A DNA stretch of 64,000 bases from Heterodontus francisci (lineage: Eukaryota): positions 34,207,298-34,271,297 of the forward strand of contig NC_090382.1 in assembly GCF_036365525.1 (NCBI RefSeq). Direction: 5' to 3'. The notes beneath the pieces are model-generated. The model did no database searches, was not told where the DNA came from, and worked only from the letters and a program-made list of their open reading frames with translations. The position numbers were made by a program, and so were the translations under genes. Below are positions 1 through 13,216 of the stretch, one piece after another. The first letter of the stretch is position 1; each line of letters starts with the position of its first letter.

Positions 1-539
1 GGTAGAGAATTCCAAAGATTCACCACCCTCTGAAAGAAGAAATTCCTCCTCATCTCAGTCCTAAATGGCCTGCCTCTTATTCTGAAACTGTGTCCCCTGG
101 TTCTAGACTCCTCAGCCAGGGGAAACATCCTTGCTGCATCAACCCTGTCAAGCTCTGTAAGAGTTCTGTATGTTTGAATGAGATCACTTCTCATTCTTCT
201 AAACTCCAGAGAATAAAAGCCCAGTCTATTTAATCTTTCCTCATAGGACAATCCTTCCATCCCAGGAATTAGTTTGGTGAACCTTCATTGCTCTCCCTCT
301 ATGGCAAGCATATCCTTCCTTAGGTAAAGAGACCAAAACTTCACACAATACTCCTGGTGCAGTCTCACCAAGGTTCTATATATTTGCAGTAAGATATCTT
401 TACTCTCATGCTCAAATCCTTTTGCAATAAAGGCCAACAAACCATTTGCCTTCTTAATTGCTTGCTGTACCTGCATGTTAGCTTTCAGTGACTCATGAAC
501 AAGGACACCTAAGTACCTTTGAAGTTCAATACTTCCCAG

Positions 540-1260
540 TGTTATGAAAACCCCACATGCCAAATGGGAAAATATTAATTTCATCGATCAGAACTTTGCC
601 TGAGACTTTTGCTGGAAATTGTGACAAATAACTTTTCAAAAAGAACAGCTAACAGCCAGGATGGCCACGAACACCTGCATTTGAAATACCAAAGGATTAG
701 ACTGGAGACAAACATGATTGACTCAGCCTAGCCAGAACAATGGGGTGCTCTCTGATTCAATTACTTGCTATAACCTTGTCAATGTGGTTGTCAAGAGCCA
801 GCGACACTCGCTGACTTTGAAAGAACCAACCCCCCACCAAGTATGTCTGGAGAGCCTAAGGGGAGAGCCTTGAATTTCAGAGAAAATTCCAGAAGAGCTT
901 CATTAAAACACAAAGAGGTGGTCATGTCATGTGACCACTTGTGCAACTCTGGGAGATTGTGAGTTGTGACTCAGAGAACAGACTGTAACTGGAAGTGAGC
1001 AAGAGAGCAGCTCTCTCTCTCTCCTTCTCCCTTTCTCCAGTAGAGATCCAGAGAAGCCTCAAGCTGCAGATGATAAAGCCAAGACCACAGACTCCTACAA
1101 CCAACAACCAGAATACAAGCAAGTCTGCAACCATGCACATGGCCCGGTGAGGATTTCAGGACTACAATTTCAACTAAAGACTCTGAAATTACTGAACTCT
1201 ATTTAAGTTCCATTTATTACAGACTCTACTCCAACCACCCAACTCTATTTCCCTCTGTAA

Positions 1261-1315
<55 letters not shown>

Positions 1316-1588
1316 CTCTTGTGTGAATGTGAGTGTGGGTGCGTAGTGTATTTTAGTAATTTTAACCAATTTAGAGTGATAAGGATAATAAACTTACATT
1401 TTTCTTGTTTAAACTCAAGAAAACCTGTCTGATTGGTTCATTTGCAATTATATTAGAGGAACAGGAGCAAGCACTTACTGAGGTTGTAAGTTCAATCACT
1501 GTTTTAGAAAAGAATAAACCCTTTTGTGGTGAAACCAGAAAAGGGGCGAAAGGGGAGCCTGAGACCTCTTTCTCACTTGGTCGCAACA
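540..1588 (+). mobile_element. Solo LTR of a Gypsy/Gmr1-like family inserted in the CR1
   Basis: TGTTATG...GCAACA termini; 3' end (aataaaccc...tctcacttggtcgcaaca) resembles the LTRs at 32359-33265 and 37581-38701. Confidence 0.75.
1268..1314. repeat. (TG)n microsatellite inside the LTR
   Basis: Uninterrupted TG run. Confidence 0.95.
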
Positions 1589-4500
1589 CAAACTTTTCAG
1601 CATTTATCCTATTCCTACCAAAGTGGATAACCTCACATTTCTCCACGTTGTATTCCATCTGCCAGATTTCTGCCCACTCACTTAGCCTCTCCAAATCCTC
1701 TTGAAGCGACTTTACATCCTCCTCACAATTCACGCTGCCACCTAGTTTTGTGTCATCTGCAAACTTGGAAATATTACTTTTATTCCCCACATCCAAATCA
1801 CTTATATAGATTGTGAATAGCTAGGACCCAAGCACTGATCCTTGAGGTACCTCACTAGTCACAGCCTACCAATCCAAAAATGACCCATTTATTCTTACTC
1901 TCTGTTTTCTGTCCGCTAACCAGTTCTCAATCCATGCCAGCATATTCCCCCAATCCCATGTGCTCTACTTTTCTTACCAACCTCTTGGGACCTTATCAAA
2001 AGCATTCTGAAAGTCTAAATATGTCAGATATGCTGGTTCCTCCTTATCTATTCTGCTACTTACATCCTCAAAAAACTCCAACAGGCTTGTTAAACATGAT
2101 TTCCCTTTCATAAATCTATGTTGACTCTGCCCAATCCGGCCATTATTTTCTAAGTGTCCTGTTATCACATCGTTTATGAGAGATTCTAGCATTATCCCTA
2201 TGACTGACGTTAGACTAACAGGTCTGTATTTCCCTGTTTTCTCTCTCCCTCCATTCTTAAATAGTCAGGTTACATTTGCCACCTTCAAATCTGCGGGAAC
2301 TATTCCAGAGTCTATAGAATTTTGAAAGATGATCACCAATGCATCTACTATCTCTACAGCCACCTCTTTCAATACTCTGGGATGTAGATCATCAGGTCCA
2401 GGGGATTTATTTACTTTAAGTTCCAGTAATGTCTCTAATACTATTTTTTTTACTAATATTAATATCTTGCAGTTCTTCCTTTACACTAGTCCCTTGATTC
2501 TCCATTATTTCTGGGAAGATTTTAGTATTCTCCTCCATGAAGACAGACACAAAGTATTTGTTTAGTTTCTCTGCCATTTTCTTATTCCCGATTATAAATT
2601 CTCCTGACTCCGCTTGTAATGGACCCACATTTGTCTTTGTTAATTTTTTCTTTTTTACATACCTATAGAAGCTTTTACAGTCCGTTTTTATGTTTCTCAC
2701 TAGTTTACTCTCATATTCTATTTTCCCTTTCTTAATCTTTTTCTTGGTCTTCCTTTGCAGAATTCTAAAAGCTTCCAATCCTCAGGCTTACCATTTTTTT
2801 TTGGCAACTTTATACGCCTCTTTGTTTGCTCTAATAATCCTTGATTTCTTTCGTTACCCACGGTTGGAACATTTCCTTGCTGGGTTTTTGTGCATTAAAG
2901 GAATGTATTATTGATGTAAACTATGTATTAGTTCTTTAAATGTTAACTATTGCCTGCCTATCATTGTACCTTTTAATGTAGTTTCCCAATCCACCATAGC
3001 CAATTTGCTCTTCATATCTTCATAGTTTCCTTTGCTTAGATTTAAGACCCCAGTTTCTGATTGAACTAGATCACTTTCAAACTTAATGTAAAATTCTATC
3101 ATATTATGGTCAATCTTTCTTCAAGGGTCCTTTACAACAAGATTGTTAATTAGCCCTTTTTTGTTGCACAACACTAGATCTAAAATAACCCATTCCCTAC
3201 TTGTTTCCTTAAGGTACTGCTCCAGAAAACCATCTCGCATACATTCCAAGAATTCACCCTACACAACTTTAATACTGATAAAGTTTACCCAGTCTCCATG
3301 TAGATTGAAATCCCCCATGATTACTGTTTTTACTGTTGTTACACGCACCTCTAATTTCCTGATTTATACTGTGATTTACATTATCAATGCTGTTTGATGG
3401 CCTATAAATAACACCCGCCAATATTTTCTGCCCTTTGCTGTTTCTTAGTTCCACCCAAACTGATTCCACATCTTGATCTTTAGAACTAAGGTCATCTCTC
3501 ACTACAGTACTAATGCTCTCTTCAATTAACAGAGCTATCCCACCACCTTTTCCCAGATTCCTGCTCTTCCTGAATGTCACATATCCTTGGATATTCAGGT
3601 CCCAGCTTTGATTTCCTTGTAGCCATGTCTCTGTAATGGATATCAAGTCATACATATGAATTTCTATTTGAGCTGACAATTCATCTGTTTTATTGCAAAT
3701 GCTGCGGGCATTCAGATACAGAGCCTTAATACAGTTTTTCTTTACTGTTTTTGTAAACTCTGACCCTATATGCTTAAGTTTGTAATCACTGTCCCTTCCT
3801 GCCATACTCTGATTATCGTTACCTTTATTGCTACCTTGATCCATTGCCTTGTCATTTCCCTTTAATTTACTCAATTTTCCCTAACATGATCCTTTCCCGC
3901 TCTATTTACTTTAAAGCCCTCTCTACTTCCTAGTTATACAACTCGCTAGAACACTGGTCCCAGCACACTTGAGATGAAGTCCTTCCCAATGGCACCACCA
4001 TCACTTTCCCCAGTTCTGGTGCCAGTGCCCCACAAACCAGAACCCACTTCTCCCAAACCAGTCTTTGAGTCATACATTCATCTCTGTAATCTTATTTACC
4101 CTGTGCTAATTTGCATGTGGCTCTTGAAGTTGAAGTTCTTTTTAATTAATTTAATTTTTAATTAATTAATTGAAGTTCTGCTTTTTAATTAAGTGCCTAG
4201 TTCCTCATACTCCCTATGCAAAACTTCTTTCCTAGTCCTATCTATGTTGTTGGTACCTGCATGGACCACGTCAACTGAATCTTCCCCCTCCCACTGCAAG
4301 TTCCTCTTTAGCCCTGAGCAGATGTTTTGAACCCTGGCACCAGGCAAGCAACACAGCCTTCTGGATTCTCACTTATGGCTGCAGAGAACAGTGTCTATTC
4401 CCTCATCATACCATCCCTGCTACTATTACATTCATTTTAACTCCCCCCCCCCACTTGAACGGCTTCTTGTACCATGGTGCCACGGTCAGTCTGCTCATCC

Positions 4501-5649
4501 ATACTACAGACCTGGGTCTTGTCAATACCAGCTGCATGAACCTTGAATTTAGGAGCATAGGAGCAGTAGTAGGCCATTCAGCCCATCGAGCCTGCCCTGC
4601 CATTCAATATGATCATGGCTCATCATCCACTTCAAACTTGTTGCTCAATTCCAAGGGCTAAGGGTCCTCCACCCCCACCTTCTCAATCCCCTTACCTGCC
4701 TGGCATGCAGTCACCCTGCCCTGTCCCTGACCACTGACCAAAACAGATGATCCTATCCTCAGGGGTGTGGCTGCCTTCTGGAACGAAGTGTCCATGTAAC
4801 TCTCCCCTTCCCTGATGCATCGCAATGTCTATAGCTCGGCCTCTAGCTCATTAACTCTGAGCTGAAGCTCCTCAATCCGCAGACACTACAGATGTGGTTG
4901 CCATGGATTGCAGTGGCATCCAGAAGCTTCCAGATGCTGCAGCTGCAACACATCACCTGTGCTACTATCTTTATTGTGTTAAATAAATTAATTTTTCTTA
5001 ATTAATTTATAGCTCTCCTCTTCACTGAACTCCCTCATTCACCAAACTCCTGACTTCACACTCTGTGCACTCAGGCAGCACTCAGAGATCCCTGTATTTA
5101 TACTCTCTGACAAACAATGATGAGTCAGCACTGCTAGAGCTCAGTAACCTGTTTAAGATAGCTACCTAATTAACTAGCTACAGCTGTTCTCAGAGAGCTT
5201 GTACATCCCGGTTTATAACTGGAAGAAACTTAATTTGCCTCTTAACTTAAACAGTAATGTTTAGTTAATTGCTAAATGTAAACAAAAACTAGACTTTAGA
5301 GAAAGATTAACTCTTAATATCCAAACTCCCAACTTCACACTTTGTGCACTCAAGCAGCACTCAGTGCAGACAAGTTTATTAAGCATCCTTTCTTATTCCT
5401 AAAAACTCGAGTCTTATACCTGACTGTAACTGTATTATCTAAGTGAGAACCATGCCGTACTTTGGAAGTTTTATATACTGTAATAATAAACATTCTAGCC
5501 TCTGCAATCACAACCCAGCATCAGTAGTGCTGATAAAGACACATAGGCGAAAAGTGCCTGTTCTAGTAAAGCGGTGAGACTGAATTAGAAGCCTGTAATC
5601 AATAAAGATTCTATAAAGGATCTGGAATAAGCCTGTTTAATGGACGTAC

Positions 5650-5967
5650 CATCTTTATTGATCTTTCTGATGATTGGAGAAGGCGAGGCTTCATGTGAAA
5701 CAATGCAAGTGTAATGACAGCCACTGAACCATTGAGATGTTGAAATCGTTAACTTACTGATCATGGTGTAACAGTCATTTGAATCCACCAGTTGCCCTGA
5801 ATCTGTAATCCCTGAAGATACCTGTTTGCCTCCCACATACCAAGTCACAGATATAACTTTTGGGTAGTAACCTCTTGACATACAAAGAAGCGTGCTGCCA
5901 TTCTGCTGGGAGATTTTCTCAGGAGGTGCATAATGGAGATCTACTGAAGGTGGTCTTGGTGAAATGG
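5650..5967 (-). CDS. Gene B: Ig C1-set domain exon (open frame, but upstream V exon is disabled)
   Basis: ttcag acceptor and gtacgt donor; 318 nt, phase 1/1; PPSVDL...LLCMSRGYYPKVISVTWY...YTCIVSHEASPSP. About 55% identical by manual count to exon 18998-19315, with the same length. Confidence 0.9.
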
Positions 5968-6755
5968 CTGAAATTAGAAGGGGAAAAGGCAATTAATTGT
6001 AATTATCTTTTGTCACATTAAAATGGCTTGGACTGTTACAGCTTTGATTAAATGTTTTCCTCAACCAATATTAGTTCACCTTTAAATCATATGCAATATG
6101 GTAGTTCTATACCCAGGCTCTTAAAAATATTTTTGTTTGTGTTTTTCACATATTTGTACTTTTATTTATGTTACTAGGCTAGTGCCTAGTATCAGAAGAC
6201 TGACTGATGAGGAAACATTAGAAAATCTTGGGTTCTTCAGTTTTCAAAGGAGGTGAACAAGACGGGTCCTTATAGAGATATATAATGTACTACTAGAATA
6301 TAAAATCTTCATCCTCAGCACTATTTCAAGTTTAACCAGTAGAATAGACCAAGGGGTCAGAGGTATAAACTGGTTAATAAAAGCAATGTCAGAACATCAG
6401 TACTTCATGTAAAATTTAATGTCTCAATTGATCTTTTGAGTTTTGACTGTGGAGCAAAATGGTCTGACTTCATCTGGCAGACAGTTGAATGCTGCGCTGA
6501 GGGGATAGTATGTTTCTATGGTTGACGTTGATTGGCTGAACAATCTCCTTCATTAGTTCTTATCTTTGTGAATTTTAAGACAGGCTTAATAAACCTGTTC
6601 AACTTATATACATAATGCACCCACGTAAAGTAAGAGAACATTTTATAATTTATTTGGGAAAGCCAAAACACACTATGATTGACAGATGTCCAATTAAATG
6701 ACATAGTACAGTAAGTTGCTCTGAATGGGCATCCTTGAAGTTCTCAAAGACTGAT

Positions 6756-7135
6756 CCATTTGTACCAGCTTCATCCCAGTGGCTCTGCCCTGCTCCATTT
6801 GTACCAGCTTCATCCCAGTGGCTCTGCCCTGCTCCATTTGTACCAGCTTCATCCCAGTGGCTCTGCCCTGCTCCATTTGTACCAGCTTCATCCCAGTGGC
6901 TCTGCCCTGCTCCATTTGTACCAGCTTCATCCCAGTGGCTCTGCCCTGCTCCATTTGTACCAGCTTCATCCCAGTGGCTCTGCCCTGCTCCATTTGTACC
7001 AGCTTCATCTGATTAAATTTGCCCTGCTGCATCTATACCAGCTTCACCCCATTAGCTCTGACCTCTCCATCTGTATCAGCTTTATCGCACTGGCTCTGCC
7101 CTGCTCCGACTGTACCAGGTTCATCCCACTGATAC
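6756..7135. repeat. 39-bp minisatellite in the V-C1 intron of gene B
   Basis: Unit ccatttgtaccagcttcatcccagtggctctgccctgct; 6 perfect copies from 6756, then partial and degenerate copies. Confidence 0.95.
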
Positions 7136-7599
7136 TGTTCCATATAAAGCGTATCCAAAACGTCATGAGAAAACACCAAAATAACCCCAACTACCACAGT
7201 AAGAGAGAAATACCCTAGATTAATACAGAAACCAATATTAGACTTTGCAGAATCGATTGCCTGTAATCGAAATGCTTGTAGAACATTGAATTTTTTCATT
7301 AACCTCCTGAGATAATCTAAACCTGAGCCCACTAAACTAATTAATGTTCTGTGGATGTGTTAAAAGGTCTTTAACTGTTGAATATTGTTGGAGTTAAATG
7401 TAATTCACTTGTCGGGGAGTGATTAGTTTGTAAGGTGTCGATGCTGAAGATGGAATAGATCCGCCTCTGGTGACCTGTATGTCATTCCTCCTCAGCAATT
7501 AGATTCCCTCTTGGTAATTTGTAGGAAATCAATGCACTTTTTTTCGTTTCATAGCTGGAGAAAATCCTCCCACCTGGTTAAATATTTCCCATCACTTAC

Positions 7600-7942
7600 C
7601 TGGTTTCACCTTCAGTGTAGTTCCACACTCGCACCAATCATCGCCTTCATCCCCACTCTGACAGTAATATCTGGCTGAATCCTCTTGTGTCAAGTTGTCG
7701 ATTTTTAAAGTAAATTCGCTCTCATTGGATCAGGAAAAATGGGGTTCGACCCCTAGCATGCGACTAAACTTTGTAGACCCCGGGCTCCAGGACTCAAGCC
7801 ATTTTATTTTTGAGGAGCCCGGTGGTTCATAGCCCCACTTCCTAATGAGTTTGTTCTTATTACTTATTCACTCAAGGGTCACTGACCCTCCCTCCTGACC
7901 GAGCACAGTAGCCGGAGCTATGTGTATGAGATCGAACTGGAT
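7600..7942 (-). pseudogene. Gene B: single-exon VJ-type V domain, disabled
   Basis: ttcag acceptor, gtaagt donor, 343 nt (3n+1). Corrected reading: IAPATVLGQEGGSVTLE*ISNKNKLIRKWGYEPPGSSKIKWLESWSPGSTKFSRMLGVEPHFS*SNESEFTLKIDNLTQEDSARYYCQSGDEGDDWCECGTTLKVKP. Early frameshift, TGA at 7868-7870 (B-strand Cys position) and TGA at 7730-7732. Confidence 0.9.
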
Positions 7943-8031
7943 CTGAAATGAAAGGGAGACAGAAAATATTCAGGTGAACTCCAATAGGGACAGCATGAAG
8001 ATAAACAAATACAGGGAGATCGGCTCCTTAC

Positions 8032-8077
8032 CCATTTGGAGGGCAGTCAGAAGAAAGGTGCAGAACATCCCCTGCAT
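8032..8077 (-). CDS. Gene B: signal-peptide (leader) exon
   Basis: 46 nt, MQGMFCTFLLTALQM+G, gtaagg donor, 89-nt intron to the V exon; paralogous to 13969-14014. Confidence 0.88.
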
Positions 8078-8225
8078 TTTCAGCTCGATTTCCCACTTCA
8101 GCGTTTTTTGATGGTCTAACACTGCCGGACTGAGAAGTCCCAGTGAAGTTTTGATCATCAGAAGAGGGTGCGTCATGTATTTTCTTTTTGGCTTATCAGC
8201 ATTTTGAGTAAAGAAGGAACAGGGC
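8078..8225 (-). promoter_or_regulatory. Putative proximal promoter/5' UTR of gene B
   Basis: Non-coding block homologous to 13665-13819 upstream of gene A (ctttactcaaaatgctga...aaatacatgac...caaaacttcact...gaccatcaaaaaac...gagctgaaaatgcag). Confidence 0.55.
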
Positions 8226-9009
8226 GGTGAAGAAGGAGTTGCTGTTTTGCAGTCCTGGGCTACAAAACTCCAATCCATACCAGGCAAAGTACTTTTGCTC
8301 CCTCGTGTTAGAAATGTGGACTTCTCCGCATCGAAAGGAGGCACCCGAGATGTGATCTTATTGAAGTAAAAACAGTAGATGGTAAATCTGGAAAATTACT
8401 TCAACTAAATTGCAAGAGTAGGATAAGGGGACACAGCTCCATGCTCACATAAAGCGGCTACGACTGAGTTTGGGAACTTCTTCAGAAACGAATTCCCAAG
8501 AGAGATATGAAACCATCAAATTGGATACTGCAGTAGAAGATTGGTGTAGTCCGGTTCACTGACACTAGGTACATCTGGATTTGAACAGCTGCCTTATAGA
8601 TCAAGAGGCCTCAGAGCTCTCTTCTTTACAAAGACAAACTACAATACACAAAAGTACATTCTTTACAGTGGCAAATTTAGAGATTTCTTTAGGAGACATG
8701 AATACACTAGATATGTTTTCCAAAGAGCTCTGGGATACGCAATTCCTCTCAGAAAGTTCTGACTGTCTTTTTCTTTGGTGCATTCACCACCATTTGAGTC
8801 TCCTTTGTTATTCCGCTTTTGAAGCCAAAATCACTTGTTCTCGAAGGATTACAGATATTTAAAATATTAAATAAAAGTAGTTGCTGCAAATTACATTTGA
8901 TCAATTGGTGTACCATCAAGTGGTAATACATGGTAAGAGCACTGTTGTATTACTTCTGATGAAACAAAAACCGGGTCAGAGGTACAGATATGCATGCAGC
9001 TTAGTTGAT

Positions 9010-10378
9010 TAGAGTCGTAGAATCATAGAGTTATACAGCACAGAAACAGGCACTTCGGCCCAACGTGTCTGTGCCGGCCTTCAAGCTCCTAACTATTCTA
9101 ATCCCATTTTCCAGCACTTGGCCCATAGCCTTGTATGCTATGGCGTTTCAAGTGCTCATCTAAATACTTCTTAAATGTTGTGAGGGTTCCTGCCTTTACC
9201 ACCCCTTCAGATAGTGTGTTCCAGATTCCAACCACCCTCTGAGTGAATTTTTTTTCCTCAAATCCCCTCTAAACCTTCTGTCTCTTACCTTAAATCGATG
9301 CCCCTGGTTATTGACATCTCCACTAAGGGAAACATTTTATTCCTATCTAACCTATCAATACCCCTCATAATTTTGTATACCTCAATCATGTCCCCCGTCA
9401 GCCTTCTCTGCTCTAAGGAAAACAACCCTAGCCTATCCAGTCTCTCTTCATAGCTGAAATGCTCCAGCCCAGGCAAATTTGTAGTGAATCTCCTCTGCAC
9501 CCTCTCCAGTGCAATCACGTCCTTCCTATAGTGTGGTGCCTAGAACTGTACACAGTACTCCAGCTGTGGTCTAACTAGTGTTTTATACAGCTCCATCATA
9601 ACTTCCCTGCTCTTATATTCTATGCCTCAGCTAATAAAGGCAAATATCCCATATGCCTTCCTAACCACCTTATCTGCCTGTGCTGCTGCCTTCAGTGATC
9701 TATGGAAAGTACACCAAGGTCCCGCTGACCCTCTGTACTTCCTAGGGTCCTACCATCCATTGTATATTCCCTTGCCTTGTTAGTCCTCCCAAAATGCATC
9801 ACCTCACATTTCTCAGGATTAAATTCCATTTGCCACTGCTCCACCCATCTTACCAGCCCATCTATATCATCCTGTAATTTAAAGATTTCCTCCTCACTAT
9901 TTTCGACACCACCAATTTTTGTGTCATCTGCGAACTTCTAGATTATACCTCCTATATTCACATCTAAATCATTAATGTAGACTACAAACAGCAAGAGTTC
10001 CAGCACCGATCCCTATGGTACACCACTGGTCACAGGCTTCCACTCGCAAAAACAACCCTCCACCATCACCTTCTGCCTCCTGCCACTAAACTAGTTTTGG
10101 TTCCAATTTGCCAAATTGACCTGGATCCCATGGGCTCTTACTTTCTTAACTAATCTCCCATGTGGGACCTTATCAAAGCCTTACTGAAGTCCATGTAGAC
10201 TGTATCAACTGCTTTACCCTCATCTACACATCTAGTCACAGCCTCGAAAAATTCAATCAAGTTTGTTAGACACGATCTCCCCCTGACAAAGCCATGCTGA
10301 TTATCCCTGATTAATCCCTGTCTTTCCAACTGGAAATTAGTCTGTCCCTCAGAATTTTTTCCAATTGTTTCCCTACCA
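9010..10378 (-). mobile_element. CR1/HER1-like LINE, 5'-truncated
   Basis: [10 protein letters not shown]...[20 protein letters not shown]; RT motifs; short-repeat 3' tail at the left end. Confidence 0.85.
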
Positions 10379-11129
10379 TTTAATTATGTAAAAATAAGTG
10401 GCTTTGGATGTTGCACATGTCCTTCAGTTGCATGAAGGAAAAGTGTTGCTTATTTACCACAAACTTAACCTGCATTAGGACCTTCATTGAAGAAAGCCCA
10501 AAGTGTTCTTTTCCCCTTCTTAACATTGTCCTGAAGGACTGTGTCCAGATTGGCAGCCAAAATGACCCCTAGATCCTGACATGAATCAACAATTGGGAAA
10601 GATAACCATTGTTACTTCCACTTATTAGCTTTGAGATCTCCTCATGGGCCATAATACTGCATTTAGTTAACCCATTGTTCAAGGTGGCGGGTAAAGCGTA
10701 TTAGCTCTGTGTCTGAGTCTGCTAACAACACAATACCATCTGTAACAAAATGCCAACTTCAGCCTGAACACAATCCTTTGAAACTGCACAGAGAAGGCAC
10801 AAAGTTCAGCACCAGCAGTCATGATTGGCATAAACATTTTTAATGTCTGCTCATATTTCAGAACAAAATATACCAATAATTATCTATGTAAATGAAAAAG
10901 AACACCAGATGCTGTTCAATTACTTTCATCAATTCTTCTTGAGGTCATTCAGAAAGAAAATCACAAATACAGCAATAAACATTCACTTCTATAATTAATG
11001 GAAACTGACTGGAATTCTTTTTTTTAAATTCAGTAAAGTAATACCAATTGAGCAAAACTTCTCACAATCTGAAAGTAAAATAGTATTATTAATTGTTCCT
11101 CACAGTACTAAACTACCAATAGAATAAAT

Positions 11130-11893
11130 TAAAGCAAAATACTGCGGATGCTAGAAATCTGAAATAAAAACAGAAAGTGCTGGAAAAACTCATCAGGTCT
11201 GGCAGCATCTGTGGAGAGAGAAGCAGAGTTAACGTTTCAGGTCACAGAATCACAGAATCACAGAATAATACAGTGCAGAAGAGGCCCTTCGGCCCATCGA
11301 GTCTGCACCGATGCATTAAAGACACCTGACCTGTCTACCTAATCCCATTTGCCAGCACTTGGCCCATAGCCTTGAATGTTATGACGTGCCAAGTGCTCAT
11401 CCAGGTACTTTTTAAAGGATGTGAGGCAACCCGCCTCTACCACCCTCCCAGGCAGGGCATTCCAGACCGTCACCATCCTCTGGGTAAAAAAGTTCTTCCT
11501 CAAATTCCCCTTAAACCTCCCACCCCTCACCTTAAACTTGTGACCCCTCGTAACTGACCCTTCAACTAAGGGGAACAGCTGCTCCCTATCCACCCTGTCC
11601 ATGCCCCTCATAATCTTGTACACCTCGATCAGGTCACCCCTCAGTCTTCTCTGCTCCAGTGAAAACAACCCAAGCCTATCCAACATCTCTTCATAGCTTA
11701 AATGTTCCATCCCAGGCAACATCCTGGTGAATCGCCTCTGCACCCCCTCCAGTGCAATCACATCCTTCCTATAATGTAGCGACCAGAATTGCACACAGTA
11801 CTCCAGCTGTGGCTTACCAAAGTTCTGTACAACTCCAACATGACCTCCCTGCTTTTGTAATCTAAAGGTCAGTGACCCTCCTTCTGAACTGGA
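11130..11893 (-). mobile_element. Penelope-like terminal repeat split by a CR1 insertion
   Basis: aaagcaaaatactgcggatgctag...aacgtttcaggtca continues at 11866 as aggtcagtgaccctccttctgaact. Confidence 0.7.
11245..11865 (-). mobile_element. CR1/HER1-like LINE 3' fragment
   Basis: ORF 11339-11794 is the CR1 ORF2 C-terminus; (cagaatca)n tail; 6-bp TSD aggtca at 11239-11244 and 11866-11871. Confidence 0.88.
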
Positions 11894-12034
11894 ATAGAAT
11901 AAATGAGTCAGATTGTGGAAATGTTTTGCAAGAGTTTTACATTTTTCTGTGTTATATTTCCATATTAGTCCAATGCTTTAGGGAACTTATGAATTCACAT
12001 ACTAGGTATCTGTCATAAATAAATTCAGTAACTA

Positions 12035-12230
12035 CTGGGTTATACAGAGGTAGGGAGGGGAGAGGACATGCTGGGACTTGAAAACAAGGATGATAATTTT
12101 AAAATCAAGACATTGCTTGGCTGGGAACCAATGTATGTCAGCGAGCACAGGAATGATGGGTGAAAGGGATTTAGCGTGAGTTAGGACATGGACAGTAGAG
12201 TTTTGGATGACCTCAAATTTACAGAGGTCA
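12035..12230 (-). mobile_element. Old L2-type LINE fragment
   Basis: IQNSTVHVLT...IIPVLADIHWFP...DFKIIILVFK resembles the L2 ORF2 C-terminus. Confidence 0.65.
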
Positions 12231-12874
12231 GTCATGACTGGAAACTACAGCACAATTGGAAAGTCAATATAAGCTTTATTTTAAGAATTCTTGCCAGTAC
12301 ATGTTTAGATCACAACCCAGCTACACAAGCTTTTTAAATAATAGAATCCAGCTATTCCCAGACAAATTTGGCATGGTCGCAGGCATAGGGGACAAAGGAA
12401 ATGTTGTTTTAATGATGATGTCTTTTAGTCTGTGATAAAGGGAGTGATGAAACATAGGTAAAAGAGTTTATGGATGGAAGGGAGACCTCCACCCTATTTA
12501 TAGTTGCCAGGCATGGCAGGCAATAGGGAACAGAGAGCTGGAGGATAAAATTCATGAGTAGTACTATATTTTTCATATTGTGTAAAATTGCCTACTGAAT
12601 AATATTTACATGTTAACTCCTGATCATACAACTACCTGTTCTAGGCACATTGCCCACTTACATTGTCAATAGCTCTTTGTTTTTACTCAGTTCCCTCACC
12701 CTTCAAAATGATCTCATTCCCTCTCTCCCCCACCTTCTTCACGAAGCCCACTACAGATCCCTTTCTAATTAATGCTCTACTTCTGATCTCCTTCCCCTCT
12801 CCAAGATCCTTGACTGTAGTATCGCCACCAAATGCTGTATTCACCTTTCCAATCACTCCTTATTTGTATCACTT

Positions 12875-13216
12875 CAGTGGCACAGTGGTTAGCACCGCAG
12901 CCTCACAGCTCCAGTGACCCGGGTTCAATTCTGGGTACTGCCTGTGTGGAGTTTGCAAGTTCTCCCTGTGTCTGTGTGGGTTTCCTCCGGGTGCTCCGGT
13001 TTCCTCCCACATGCCAAAGACTTGCAGGTTGATAGGTAAATTGGCCATTATAAAATTGCCCCTAGTATAGGTAGGTGGTAGGGAAATATAGGGACTAGTG
13101 GGGATGTGGTAGGAATATGGAATTAGTGTAGGATTAGTATAAATGGGTGGTTGATGGTCGGCACAGACTCGGTGGGCCGAAGGGCCTGTTTCAGTGCTGT
13201 ATCTAAACTAAACTAA
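12875..13216 (+). mobile_element. HE1-like tRNA-derived elasmobranch SINE
   Basis: Box A/B-like head (tggcacagtggtt...gggttcaattc), conserved core tgtgtggagtttgcaagttctccc, CR1-like tail ggccgaagggcctgtttcagtgctgtatct. Confidence 0.8.

Larger units (their letters stand above)
1..5370 (-). mobile_element. CR1-type LINE, near full length, degenerate, interrupted by a solo LTR
   Basis: Minus-strand ORF fragments: endonuclease (YLNARSI...ITETWL, 3269-3874), RT (GKSCLT, YLDFQNAFDKVP, KFADDTK) and C-terminal LYRTLVRLHQEYCVKFWS. 5' boundary approximate. Confidence 0.85.

Noticed and set aside
6694-7218. Repetitive ORFs such as (MKLVQMEQGRATG)n, or a CRISPR-like array
   Set aside because: Products of a 39-bp stop-free tandem repeat; there are no unique spacers and the context is eukaryotic.
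12875-12960. tRNA-like sequence
   Set aside because: It is the tRNA-derived head of a SINE and continues into SINE core and tail in several copies.
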